Virus record (IMG/VR): IMGVR_UViG_3300044846_005433
Location: 3,143 to 67,142 of that record
DNA length: 64,000 nt
Strand: one strand, 5' to 3'
Source: a virus
This document shows positions 1 to 10,158 of the stretch, piece by piece. Numbering within the stretch: the first letter of the stretch is position 1; each line of letters begins with the position of its first letter. The notes beneath the pieces were generated by a model. It was not told the DNA's origin, made no database searches, and saw only the letters and a list, made by a program, of their open reading frames with translations. The position numbers and the translations under genes were made by a program.

Positions 1-2583
1 ATTTTTATTTACACCAATTGGTACAATATCGTAACGACGATTTACGTGATAATCTGAAGTTAAGTATCCATTCGGATCAGTGGCAATCGGATTACCTAGC
101 GAATCTACACCAAGCGAAAGCTCATCAACTCCACCAAATAAGAATGAAATAAGTTCAAGCGTACTGGCTGATGTATTTTGAATTGAAATTACATATTGTT
201 TTGTAACAATTCTACCTTCGTTATAAACAGTGGTTCCGCCAGTAGTGTCCTTAATTAAGTCTCTATAATAACCAGCAAATAGGTTAATTGTATCACCATT
301 TGCAACCTCAGTAGTGTTTCCGTCTGGGTCAATGATACTAAGCTTAATAACTCCATTGTCAGATGCGATTGCTTGTTGTAAACTTTCCACGGTAGATCTT
401 AACGCTTTAATCTGCTCGTACATATTAATTACGTTGCCTTGATCCGTAAAGAATCCACTTGAAATATCCTCAGCCGTATGTGCAAAGAACTTTTCACCAG
501 TTGTAAATTGATGTGCTAAGTGAGTATCTAATCCTCTAGCAATTAAACTCCTTTCGAAATCGATTTTAGTCTTATCTGCAAATGCTCTTTGTGTAATAAC
601 TGTAGATTCTTCCTCAGAAGAAATATTTTCTGGGAAAGGTATTTGCACTGAATTTGACCATGCAGATTCAGCAGCATTATCAGGCCATCCAGCTTCAGAT
701 AGGGATTTTACTTGTATTTCTACAATTTCACCTTTACGGATTGTAATATCTAATTGATTAGAATTTACAACTTCCGAATCAGCAACATTTTCCGTATCCC
801 AAACATATAAACCGGTTGTTGGATCTAATGATTTAGTACGCGGCTTGCCTAATACTTCTTTCCATGGTGAAAATGAAGCAGATCTCTGTGTTCCATCTTC
901 ATCTACAAACGTTTGTTGTTGAGCAGTAGGCTGATTTCCAGATTGACTTAAATATCTGTAACGATACTTAAATTGAACTATGTTTTGTTCACCATATACT
1001 GTTTTAACTGGACTAGGAATTTGCCAAAATCCTCGAACTGCATATTTTTTAGGTACAACAAATTGAGGAGTAGTGGAAATCTGTAGAGTAAGGTTAGTAA
1101 CAACAGTCGATAAGCTAACTGTTTTTTCATCTCTATTTTTTTGAACTTCAGTTAATTGTTTTTTAAGTCTTTTTACCTCAGGCTCAGACTTAGCAGTAGT
1201 AGTAATCGTTGACTTAATGTCATCGATCTTTTTATTCAACTCTTGAATTTCTTTTTCAGTAGTTGCTTTTTCTTTTATTGTGTTTTGAACTTGGGTGACA
1301 TTCTTATCGTCCTGTATGTGTTGATCTACTTGAATAACACTAAAGTTTGCAGTAGATAAGGTAGGAGCAGTAGGCGTACTTGCAACAATCGCAGGTAGTT
1401 TACGCTCTTTTGCCATATTTAATAGAATTAAACCAAAATCAGAAACAAAATTTGTATAATAATTTTCTAAAGTAGCAGTAGTGTTATCTGGTAATGGAAT
1501 AGTAAGATCATTTGTATAAACTGCAACTCCAGTTGAATAGTCATCAACTGTTAAGTTTTTGGCTTTACTAATAGGTTTAATAAAAAGGATTTGACGCTCA
1601 TTGAAACCTACATTAATTTGTAATTTAGGCTCACGATAAGGAACTGGTTTTATTTTAAGAATGCTTGCACCAATTGTAATTGGATCAATTCCAAAAATTC
1701 TTTCTAATACGACTTCAGTATTTGTTTTGTCAACTGTTGTTACTTTATATTCAGAATCATTTGAAGTAATTAAGGTATCTCCCTCAGCTAGGATTCTAGT
1801 ATTTTTTACACCAGAAAGAACGTCAGTATAGTTTAAGCTGCTTAATTTATAACGACGTCTAACTACAGTAACAGTTTGATTTGTTAAAGTTTGAGCTACT
1901 TCTTCTTCAAGAATACGCAATACATCGAATGATCCTTTATATCGGTTGATTGCAGTTTGAACATCGACGATATTATCGTCTTCAAAATAGTCAATTGAAT
2001 TATCATCAAGGTCAAGTTTTAATGCCTCTAATGAAATATCATTTCTGTTTTTGTAATTGTTATCAAAGAAGGTAGCAATATCATCGTTATTTACTGAGTT
2101 TACAATTAGTCTCTTTACTACGAAACTATCAATATCATCAGTTAAAACTCCTGAAATATCTAAGTTTACATAAAGTAATGGGTTTAAAAATGATTCAAAG
2201 AACCAGTTGTTCTTAACTCCAAATTCAGTAGGTAAGGTGAACGAAGCAGTTGAAATGCTCTCTAATTCTTGTAATAATTGTGATGTTTTCTTTAATTCAA
2301 ATTTACGAACGTCTCCATTCGCAGATTTAATTCCAATAACATCGCTATTTGTTGAAAGTAAAGTTTCAAATCGAGTATTAATATCTTCGATTTTTCCTTT
2401 TAAATATCCAAAAGATGGAACGTTAATGGAATACTTTGAGCCATCACTATTTGTTTGGCTAACATTTACATTTTCTGACTTTGATTCAAGTACGTTTTCT
2501 AAGCTATACAAAAAAGAGTTCATGTTGTCGATATCAACAACAAGTCTTTTTAAAACGTCTGATAATGTGTGTTTAACTTCCAT
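1..2583 (-). CDS. Large putative virion structural protein (partial, runs off window start)
   Basis: Absent from the ORF track. ATG at 2583 reads MEVKHTLSDVLKRLVVDIDNMNSF, and the same frame is open at the window start (...HVNRRYDIVPIGVNKN). Co-oriented with the upstream late genes. The middle was not checked codon by codon. Confidence 0.75.
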   Translation of the reverse strand, partial: MEVKHTLSDVLKRLVVDIDNMNSFLYSLENVLESKSENVNVSQTNSDGSKYSINVPSFGYLKGKIEDINTRFETLLSTNSDVIGIKSANGDVRKFELKKTSQLLQELESISTASFTLPTEFGVKNNWFFESFLNPLLYVNLDISGVLTDDIDSFVVKRLIVNSVNNDDIATFFDNNYKNRNDISLEALKLDLDDNSIDYFEDDNIVDVQTAINRYKGSFDVLRILEEEVAQTLTNQTVTVVRRRYKLSSLNYTDVLSGVKNTRILAEGDTLITSNDSEYKVTTVDKTNTEVVLERIFGIDPITIGASILKIKPVPYREPKLQINVGFNERQILFIKPISKAKNLTVDDYSTGVAVYTNDLTIPLPDNTTATLENYYTNFVSDFGLILLNMAKERKLPAIVASTPTAPTLSTANFSVIQVDQHIQDDKNVTQVQNTIKEKATTEKEIQELNKKIDDIKSTITTTAKSEPEVKRLKKQLTEVQKNRDEKTVSLSTVVTNLTLQISTTPQFVVPKKYAVRGFWQIPSPVKTVYGEQNIVQFKYRYRYLSQSGNQPTAQQQTFVDEDGTQRSASFSPWKEVLGKPRTKSLDPTTGLYVWDTENVADSEVVNSNQLDITIRKGEIVEIQVKSLSEAGWPDNAAESAWSNSVQIPFPENISSEEESTVITQRAFADKTKIDFERSLIARGLDTHLAHQFTTGEKFFAHTAEDISSGFFTDQGNVINMYEQIKALRSTVESLQQAIASDNGVIKLSIIDPDGNTTEVANGDTINLFAGYYRDLIKDTTGGTTVYNEGRIVTKQYVISIQNTSASTLELISFLFGGVDELSLGVDSLGNPIATDPNGYLTSDYHVNRRYDIVPIGVNKN

Positions 2584-2590
2584 TTAATTT

Positions 2591-4678
2591 TTATCTTATT
2601 TTATCGATTCTAAAAGTAAGTAGAGTTTCATCAATACATACAATATCGAATATTGGTTTATTTAGTGATGGAAGAAAATCTAAGTCGTTTAGTACGGCAA
2701 TATTTACTCCATACACTCCAGTATTCTTTTTATTTAAAGCATCAGTATAAATTTTTACGTTATATACGTCTGCAACTAGTTCGTCATCAAATACTAATCT
2801 TACAACTTGACCTTTTTTCCAAGCAATAGTTGTATCATTTATAAATATCTCCAAGTCTCTAACTAATACTGTTTGTACTCCACTATTTTGGTGAACAAAG
2901 TAGTTAGTGAAATTTGATAATTCCAATACGTTATTTGTAAAGATATTAGTAATAGAATTGGGTGCGATGTTGTATTGTTGATTAGTATTTACTACTCTAA
3001 TACGATTAGGAGTTCTACGATCAATTGAAATACCTTCGCCTGGACGAACCGTATCTAAGTCATATGACACGGTGATGTTTGAATCACCATTAATAATATC
3101 GTCAACTTTTTGGTTTACGTTAGTTATCATCTGCACAACAGCATTTGTGTTATCAAATAATGCAGTACTTGCAGCAACCGACGTTTCCAAATTAGTTACT
3201 CTAATTTTTAATTCGTTTTGATCTTCAGTATTAATTAATAAGTCCTTTAGACCTTCTACGTCTTGGCGAAGCTGTTCAAGATCTAATAACTTATCATTGT
3301 ATCGTTGTTGTAACTGTTTGAATTGAGTTAAAACATCAGTAAATAATTCTAATGAAAAAGTAGAGTAGTCATTTATTGATTTTTCAACAATAACATTCTC
3401 AATTGACGTATCTAATTTAAGGTTCATCTTAAATGAGAACGCGTTTCCATTGATTTTATTTAAAGGATCTGGCTTGAATTTTTGAATTACTGGAATTTGA
3501 TATTCAAGTCCACTCTGTTGTATTTTATCTAGGAAAAGGACACCATATAGATTTGTTCTAAAATCGACAGGTAGTCCATTTGTATCTAGGTTATTAGGAT
3601 CGTATGTATCATAATAAATTAGAACAGCATTAAATTCAAAGTCGCGGTTTGCAACATAATCGTTAAACTGTGCAAATACTTTTATTTCTGGATTTTCAGA
3701 AGCTAATTTATAATTTGCAAGATCAAAATCTAGAGAGATTCCATCAAGTTTAGATCTTAAATATTCTACTGTAAATAAACCAGATTGCTTTGAAATTACT
3801 TGATCTGCTGCAATATTAAATACACTGTCTGTATAGTATGCATTACGAATAGTTTGGGTAAACCAGTTTCCTGGAGCATAAGTATCAGGAATAGTATTTT
3901 TGATTTGTGCAAAAACAGTAGAGTCATCTAAATCGTAAAATGCTTTCATTGAAAGTCCAAACGGGTGAGTCTCATTGTATTTTCTTCCAGCTAGATATTC
4001 GATATTTAGAGGGTCTGCTGCATTGTTTGCAACTGTCATGTTCTCATAATAGTTATAATCGCTAACTGACTTAAATAATACGTGTGGTGTAGTACCAACG
4101 TTAGTTGGAACATGGATATAAATTTCAGTGTAAGAATTGTCTTTTGATTTTAAGGAGTTTACTACATCGATATCACCAATGTATTTTACTACTCGTTTAT
4201 AAGTAGAACTAGTTTCTGTTTTTTCTACGAATCTAGGAGTGGTTCCTAAAACTGCAGTATTTTTCTCTAGGGCATTTGCATCCTGAAATCTGATTGCTCC
4301 GAGCTCTTTTACCCACTTCCAAAAAACACGCTCAGATATCGTTAATTTTTCGTCTCTTTTATATTGTGGACGATTTAAAAGTAACGCTTCAAAGTTTAAT
4401 GCGTAATTTTGAAAGCTTTGTGCAAGATTTACGTTATTGTCTGGATTTAAACCATCAATTAGCGGTGTTTCTCCTTGAGCTAAAAACTGAATTTTATTAT
4501 CAGTAGCTAATGTGTTTGGAGTACCTATTTCCGGAATACGAAGAAGAGCAAATTTTGAAAAGCGCACTGCATTCTCACTATTACTTAAAGTAATATTGAT
4601 GTCTTCTAGCGCACTCTGAAAGTTGTAGAAAATACCCTTTTTGTCTTGTACTGGTTTAATTAATGGAGTAACTGCCAT
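2591..4678 (-). CDS. Putative virion structural protein with central coiled coil
   Basis: 695-aa ORF in the late-gene cluster; heptad-like segment QFKQLQQRYNDKLLDLEQLRQDVEGLK. Confidence 0.6.
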   Translation of the reverse strand: MAVTPLIKPVQDKKGIFYNFQSALEDINITLSNSENAVRFSKFALLRIPEIGTPNTLATDNKIQFLAQGETPLIDGLNPDNNVNLAQSFQNYALNFEALLLNRPQYKRDEKLTISERVFWKWVKELGAIRFQDANALEKNTAVLGTTPRFVEKTETSSTYKRVVKYIGDIDVVNSLKSKDNSYTEIYIHVPTNVGTTPHVLFKSVSDYNYYENMTVANNAADPLNIEYLAGRKYNETHPFGLSMKAFYDLDDSTVFAQIKNTIPDTYAPGNWFTQTIRNAYYTDSVFNIAADQVISKQSGLFTVEYLRSKLDGISLDFDLANYKLASENPEIKVFAQFNDYVANRDFEFNAVLIYYDTYDPNNLDTNGLPVDFRTNLYGVLFLDKIQQSGLEYQIPVIQKFKPDPLNKINGNAFSFKMNLKLDTSIENVIVEKSINDYSTFSLELFTDVLTQFKQLQQRYNDKLLDLEQLRQDVEGLKDLLINTEDQNELKIRVTNLETSVAASTALFDNTNAVVQMITNVNQKVDDIINGDSNITVSYDLDTVRPGEGISIDRRTPNRIRVVNTNQQYNIAPNSITNIFTNNVLELSNFTNYFVHQNSGVQTVLVRDLEIFINDTTIAWKKGQVVRLVFDDELVADVYNVKIYTDALNKKNTGVYGVNIAVLNDLDFLPSLNKPIFDIVCIDETLLTFRIDKIR

Positions 4679-4701
4679 TTAACTTTTATATTTTTTATAA
4701 A

Positions 4702-5679
4702 TTAAAAGAATTCCATTCCAACTGAACTTGTAATAATTAGTCGGTCGTCTGTATTTTCATCAAGAATATAGAGAAGAGATAAATTATTGCCATAGTAAGA
4801 AACAACGTTGTTACCTACGGTTAAGCTAGCTGGATTGATTCCGATATCGTATGTTGCTGGACCTAAATTGTTGTGTAAATACACTGGAACAGTGGTAGGT
4901 AATGCACTTAAATTGTCTCCTCCTCTAATAATAGTTGGAAGAGCCGCACTTGAAACAAATGGTAATATACTTGTTGAAGTAATTTCTTCAATAATATCTA
5001 CTAAATGGATAGTAAATGCAGTATTTTGAACTGGTGGGTTAATTGCATCGAAATCAATATAAAGCACGAATTGAGTGATTGCTGGATCAAATCCACCAAC
5101 GCCATCGTACACAAAACTTAAGTTAGGTGCAGTAACTGCTTTTAATTTAACGAAGATATTTTTTCTAGAAGAGCTAGTTAAAGTGATTCTAGCCTCAGCT
5201 TGAGTTCCGGCATTCGTTAAAGTTGCAGTAACTGTTTCTTTTGATTCGATAATGGATGCTTTGTATTCAATTGAATTGTTGAATAAGGCAGTTCCATCAA
5301 CTACTAGAGTATCATTAACTACTGCGGAGTTTACATTAACTTGATCGGTCGTTGTTAATACGTTAACATTGATACGATCTACTGTAAATACTGACTCAGT
5401 ACTTGCATTTTTTTCTAATCGTGCAATAATTTGGGTTGGAGTTCCTGTTTGGAATGTAATTCCCGTATCTTGAACGATAAATGACTGTGCTCTTACATAA
5501 TTGATCGGATTATCTGTTCCAATTGATAGCGCAGTAAGATCAAACTCGAAGTTATTAATTAAGTCTTCAAGTTTATCTTTAAGGATTAAATCGTTAGCAT
5601 TACTAATTGTTGCAATATCAGTAACGAAATTGGTCAACAGGATTTCTTGAATGGGTAACGAAACAGGTAAAAATGCCAT
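4702..5679 (-). CDS. Putative virion structural protein
   Basis: 325 aa, rich in beta-prone T/V/I/N residues; AATAAATA late motif at 5701-5708 upstream. Confidence 0.55.
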   Translation of the reverse strand: MAFLPVSLPIQEILLTNFVTDIATISNANDLILKDKLEDLINNFEFDLTALSIGTDNPINYVRAQSFIVQDTGITFQTGTPTQIIARLEKNASTESVFTVDRINVNVLTTTDQVNVNSAVVNDTLVVDGTALFNNSIEYKASIIESKETVTATLTNAGTQAEARITLTSSSRKNIFVKLKAVTAPNLSFVYDGVGGFDPAITQFVLYIDFDAINPPVQNTAFTIHLVDIIEEITSTSILPFVSSAALPTIIRGGDNLSALPTTVPVYLHNNLGPATYDIGINPASLTVGNNVVSYYGNNLSLLYILDENTDDRLIITSSVGMEFF

Positions 5680-5712
5680 GTTCTTTAAATTATTTTAGTT
5701 TATTTATTATTT

Positions 5713-8700
5713 TTAAACTCGACTCTTTAATAAACGACGCTTTCTGTCGTTTAACCGAGTTTCGATTCTTCCAGTATATTGTTTTTTATCAAGAACTTGT
5801 ATAAAGTTTTGAATCTCTGAAACATATCTTGTGTTTCGGTTATCAAAAACTTCTACGCTAAGAGTAAAGTTACCGAGATCCTTAAATTTCCATACAAAGA
5901 ACGGCACGGATTTAGCTTTTACTATCTCTTCTCCAGTCACAACGTTTGTTAATTTCCAAATAAAGTCACTTTTTCCATCTAAGTTGTTAATTACGAAAAA
6001 GATAATACCGTTTTCTGGCACAGTAAAGGTTTCTTCATATAACTTAATATCTGTAATATTAAATGCATTTTGGTCAATAGTGGTTGGCAAGTAACCGATC
6101 TGCTCGTCATTAACAAATTTCCAGTACCTTTCATCTCTCCAGAATCCTGGATCTTGCACCGCACCAGAGAGAACATCACTGGTTTTTGCAAGAAGGAACA
6201 TGGTCTCGTCGTCAAATACTGGAGATATTGATTTCATGTAATCGATAAGCGACTTTGAAAATACTTTCTTCGGTAAGAAGAATGTATATTTGTCGCCGCG
6301 TAAACCGCTACCTATGCCTGGACTAGTTGGACTCGCTGGACTACCTGCTCCAGAAATATTAAGGATGTGATACATTTCCTTACTTAAGTAATTAGCTTGA
6401 GCATGGATAATGTATTGGTTATCCGACTGGCGCCCGTTAATTATCTCGTAATTAAACAATTTTATTCCAGGATGGTCACTATTATTAAGTATCTGCACTA
6501 ATTCATCTAGTGTAGAGAAATTAGGTAGGATATAGTCTGAGAAAAGGGAAATTTGAATAACGTCACCAGGAGTTGGATTTCTAAGGTAGAACCCTGCTTC
6601 AAAATCATCTAAATAGATGAGATCAGTCAATCGCATCCAATATAGCTCACCAAGTTTAATACTTCTAAGATCTTTGATCTTGACTGGAGTGTCATCTTCT
6701 CCTAATCCCCAATAGAGTTTCTTTGGGTGTTTTTGGAAAGGGCTAGTATATGGAACATAAATGTTTAAATCTGTGTCCCAAAGTTCAACATCATAAAGAT
6801 TTTGTCCCATTCCATATCTAGTTTTATAGAAAGAGATCCACTCGATTAAATTCTTGTAAATATCAATTTTTACAGCAGAGTCCTCGTTATCCAAAACGTT
6901 TACTTTTGGATAATAGATTGGAGATGCACCAAAATCTTGTAACTGAACATTAGCTAAGTTACCGACTGAATATTCAAACTTGTCTTCAAGTCTAGAATAG
7001 GCAATAATCTCAGGTTTCATGTCGTCCTGTACTGTTACAAATCGACTAAATACACTAGTGTTTCCATAGAAGTCATGTAATTCTACTGTAACTCTATATT
7101 TTCCAGCATAGGGTAAGAAGTGCGCAATACGATATAAGTCAACGATTTTGCCTCTGTGTTCAAAGTTATAGGGATTCGGAGAGTCTTTTGTGATTCTCCA
7201 AGTTATTTCATAATAGTTCTTAAAATCAATATTGCCAAGAGTCCAATAAGGAAGTAAACTTGGAGCAATTTGATCTAAATCTTCAAGCTTTACGCCTTTT
7301 AGGTCAGCAATTGTAAACTTTCCGATATCTACTGTAAAAACAGCTGGTGCTCCAATAATTCGTTGAGGATCATCACCAGATTCCCAAGTTAGTTTTTGTC
7401 TAAGACTTGGAAATTTTTGATCCTTAATCTCAGAATAGAACGTTTCAATATTGTTAATTACTCGCGTATTTTCTTCAGCAGTTAGATATTTTTGACCAAA
7501 TTCAAATGGATTCTTTGCAATCTCGTTTATTCGAGCAACACCAAAGTCAATTCCATTTGTGCTAACGCGACGATATAATGGATCAAGAGCACGAAGCGTA
7601 AGATTTACATTTAAGTCAGGATAAACGTTAATTGTTGCGTCCTCGTTTAAATCATAGTCAAAAATATGAGTATCGTCCAGCCAATAACTAATTGTGAGCT
7701 TTTGAAAGTAGATAAATTCTCCAATAATGTCCTTTATTTTAACATTTACGGGTAAAAACTCATTTTTTAACTTATCATTTAGTAAATTAAGCTTGTAGAA
7801 GATCTCATTTACTGTAAATTCAGTAGTTTCCTCAATTAGAGGTACTCCATCGTCATCGTAATTATCAGTTGCTCGAGTAAATTGATAAACTAGGGCTAAA
7901 AATTCTGTTTTGTGAAATTGTCTGCCCTCTTTTATGTTTTTATTGCGATCAGATATGTCAAAACTGTCAATTTTACCGTCATCTAGGTAATCAGATAAGT
8001 CTACCATGAGTAACTTATTGAAATAAGACGATTTTGGATTAACATTTGTCCAATATTCTTTAATTTGTAACACATCTCGATATCCGAGGATATTGATGAA
8101 ATTTACAAGACCCTTATAGGTTCCAATATATGGATAAATGTGCTCCTTGCTAACTAATAAGTCTTTTCTTGCACGATTGAGGTCCTCAATATTAACGATT
8201 GCCTCCTTGATGTCATATTCTTTAAGAATATTTGCGTCTTCCTTTTGAAATCTAATCCCAAAGTTAGTTGCCCAATCGCGAAAACGCTCTTCTTCTTCAA
8301 TTCCTTCACCATAAAAGTAGATCTCAGCAATCTTTGTCTTGGTTGAACCTGTTTTTAAGTAGATTGAAAGGGTTCTTTCAAATATTGCCTCATCCGTTGG
8401 GCAAAATGCGATATTTACTTGTAAAGGAATGTTTAAATCAAGTGGAGCAGTTCCACCAATATGAATATCTGAGTATGCAATAGTCTTGCTCTCGACTTTA
8501 GAGATAAAGTTCTCGTTAAGTTGAAGATCTTTAACTACATCATAGAGAAAAAACTGATCGCTATTTTTATTTGATGTCCACTCAAAAATTAAGCTTTGGT
8601 TTGGTGATAGGACTGGAAATTTATAGTTGTTTACCACCTTTTCTAACATAAAAAGGTTTTCGTTATCAAACAAATAGATTGAGTTTCCTTCGAAAAAGAC

Positions 8701-8790
8701 CTTACCTTCCCAAATATTAGTGTCCTGATTAAGCTGAAGGTTTAAATTTCGCCCAAATTTATCAAAAAAGTTAAGATTTTGAAGAAGCAT
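5713..8790 (-). CDS. Putative baseplate wedge/tail protein with PKD/Ig-like segments
   Basis: 1025 aa; YPYIGTYKGLVNFINILGY resembles baseplate wedge motifs; PKD-like GKYRVTVELHDFYGN and GNFTLSVEVFDNRN; late motif at 8812-8820. Confidence 0.55.
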   Translation of the reverse strand: MLLQNLNFFDKFGRNLNLQLNQDTNIWEGKVFFEGNSIYLFDNENLFMLEKVVNNYKFPVLSPNQSLIFEWTSNKNSDQFFLYDVVKDLQLNENFISKVESKTIAYSDIHIGGTAPLDLNIPLQVNIAFCPTDEAIFERTLSIYLKTGSTKTKIAEIYFYGEGIEEEERFRDWATNFGIRFQKEDANILKEYDIKEAIVNIEDLNRARKDLLVSKEHIYPYIGTYKGLVNFINILGYRDVLQIKEYWTNVNPKSSYFNKLLMVDLSDYLDDGKIDSFDISDRNKNIKEGRQFHKTEFLALVYQFTRATDNYDDDGVPLIEETTEFTVNEIFYKLNLLNDKLKNEFLPVNVKIKDIIGEFIYFQKLTISYWLDDTHIFDYDLNEDATINVYPDLNVNLTLRALDPLYRRVSTNGIDFGVARINEIAKNPFEFGQKYLTAEENTRVINNIETFYSEIKDQKFPSLRQKLTWESGDDPQRIIGAPAVFTVDIGKFTIADLKGVKLEDLDQIAPSLLPYWTLGNIDFKNYYEITWRITKDSPNPYNFEHRGKIVDLYRIAHFLPYAGKYRVTVELHDFYGNTSVFSRFVTVQDDMKPEIIAYSRLEDKFEYSVGNLANVQLQDFGASPIYYPKVNVLDNEDSAVKIDIYKNLIEWISFYKTRYGMGQNLYDVELWDTDLNIYVPYTSPFQKHPKKLYWGLGEDDTPVKIKDLRSIKLGELYWMRLTDLIYLDDFEAGFYLRNPTPGDVIQISLFSDYILPNFSTLDELVQILNNSDHPGIKLFNYEIINGRQSDNQYIIHAQANYLSKEMYHILNISGAGSPASPTSPGIGSGLRGDKYTFFLPKKVFSKSLIDYMKSISPVFDDETMFLLAKTSDVLSGAVQDPGFWRDERYWKFVNDEQIGYLPTTIDQNAFNITDIKLYEETFTVPENGIIFFVINNLDGKSDFIWKLTNVVTGEEIVKAKSVPFFVWKFKDLGNFTLSVEVFDNRNTRYVSEIQNFIQVLDKKQYTGRIETRLNDRKRRLLKSRV

Positions 8791-8831
8791 TAAAAAATAC
8801 GATAGTTTATGTTATTTATTAGTTTAAGAGA

Positions 8832-9230
8832 TTAAATGCTGTAAATTGAACTTTCTCCGCTATATCCCAATGAGATAAATTCCAGCGGATCATCTTTGTC
8901 TAAGCCAGTCTTTTTATGGATCTTTTTCCATTCCTTAGCGTATCCGTTTTTACACATTTGAGTAAAGTAAGCGAATGCATTGGGTGTTTCAGATTTAGTC
9001 TCATCAAAGCTTCTCCAATACTTTAAGCAATCTAGGATTGCAGATTGAATACAGTCTTCCCTGTCTCTAGGATCTTTAAAGTAAAGTCGGTCCACTGCAC
9101 GATTAGCAAGGGCAATAAAGCAGTCAATTGCAAACTTATTTAATTCTCCGTCCACTTTACTTGTAATAATTGCATTAGTAAAATCTTTGTTGTTAATGTA
9201 GTGTACGTCACCACGTTTTTTTCTAGCCAT
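8832..9230 (-). CDS. T4 gp55-like late-transcription sigma factor
   Basis: HYINNKDF N-terminal motif; DREDCIQSAILDCLKYWRSFD and NAFAYFTQ sigma region-2 motifs typical of gp55. Confidence 0.85.
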   Translation of the reverse strand: MARKKRGDVHYINNKDFTNAIITSKVDGELNKFAIDCFIALANRAVDRLYFKDPRDREDCIQSAILDCLKYWRSFDETKSETPNAFAYFTQMCKNGYAKEWKKIHKKTGLDKDDPLEFISLGYSGESSIYSI

Positions 9231-9239
9231 TGTTTGTGG

Positions 9240-9902
9240 TTATTTTGAGAGGCCATAGATTTTTACAACGCCTAAGTAAGCGTCAGTCATGTCTATGATT
9301 GGAGATAAAATTTTATCTCCTTCAATTACCCAATCCTCTTTGTGTAAAAGAGTAAAGAGATCGGATTTTTTTACAGATTCAATAATTGGGTCGCTCTTGA
9401 ATTTAGCTAGAATGTCTTGTTTGTTTGCATTACCTTTGCAGTTGATCGCATTTTTAAGTTCGCTGGGGCTAAAGATGAAAAATCTGTCAGTAGAATTATT
9501 AAGTATTTGAGTTACAATTTGGTGTTTTAAGACTCCAGTAGATTGGGATATATCAACTAAAGAGTTACCGCTAGAGCCAAAGGAAATCCCCTCTAGGCAC
9601 ACGATAAGTTCCGGATCGTCCTTAACCTCTTCTTTAATTTCTCCAATAAGTACGTTGATGAGTTCTAGATAGTTATCTAGCTTGATTCTTTCAGTAACAT
9701 GGTACTGTTCGTCCTTCTTTCTTTTTGACTGAGTCTTAAGGATTTTAATATTAGGGTAATTAGCATTAATCCAATCAAAGTGGTCCTCATCCTTTTTTCT
9801 GACTTTAGTGTTTACTACAGCAATCCATTTAAAGTCTTTAAAGTCTCTACAGATACAAACTCCTGGATAAAGTATTGAAAAATCTATGCTAATTATAGTC
9901 AC
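9240..9902 (-). CDS. RuvC-like Holliday junction resolvase
   Basis: IISIDFS..PGVC, CLEGISFGS, SPSELK...GNANK and late DMTDAY acidic motifs of the RuvC fold; GTG start. Confidence 0.7.
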   Translation of the reverse strand: MTIISIDFSILYPGVCICRDFKDFKWIAVVNTKVRKKDEDHFDWINANYPNIKILKTQSKRKKDEQYHVTERIKLDNYLELINVLIGEIKEEVKDDPELIVCLEGISFGSSGNSLVDISQSTGVLKHQIVTQILNNSTDRFFIFSPSELKNAINCKGNANKQDILAKFKSDPIIESVKKSDLFTLLHKEDWVIEGDKILSPIIDMTDAYLGVVKIYGLSK

Positions 9903-9936
9903 TCATGTTATATTATTTTAGTAGTCCTAATATTGC

Positions 9937-9962
9937 TTATACTTTGCTTTATCTAAAAGTTC
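9937..9962 (-). promoter_or_regulatory. Early/middle-type promoter motif (GAAC-N16-GTATAA) upstream of ruvC-like/gp55-like genes
   Basis: Matches the recurring AAC-N16/17-GTAWAA motif found at several other intergenic sites. Confidence 0.55.
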
Positions 9963-10016
9963 TCCAGCCTAATACTATTTATTTTTTAAAACTATCCTAT
10001 TTTTCGTTAGTAGAAG

Positions 10017-10112
10017 AGGGTTGGTGGGTGGGAGTACTAGCTAGTACTAGATAGTCTATATTCTTTCTTTAATAATTACTAGATAGTACCTTAGTACTAC
10101 CCCCGCCCGCGG
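10017..10112. repeat. Palindromic, G/C-skewed non-coding element (origin candidate)
   Basis: Perfect 16-bp palindrome AGTACTAGCTAGTACT (10033-10048); direct repeat TACTAGATAGT (10045-10055, 10077-10087); G-run and C-run arms forming an imperfect inverted repeat. Confidence 0.6.
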
Positions 10113-10158
10113 AGATGAGAAATTTTAAAATGGACAAGATTTATAGTATAGTAATCCT

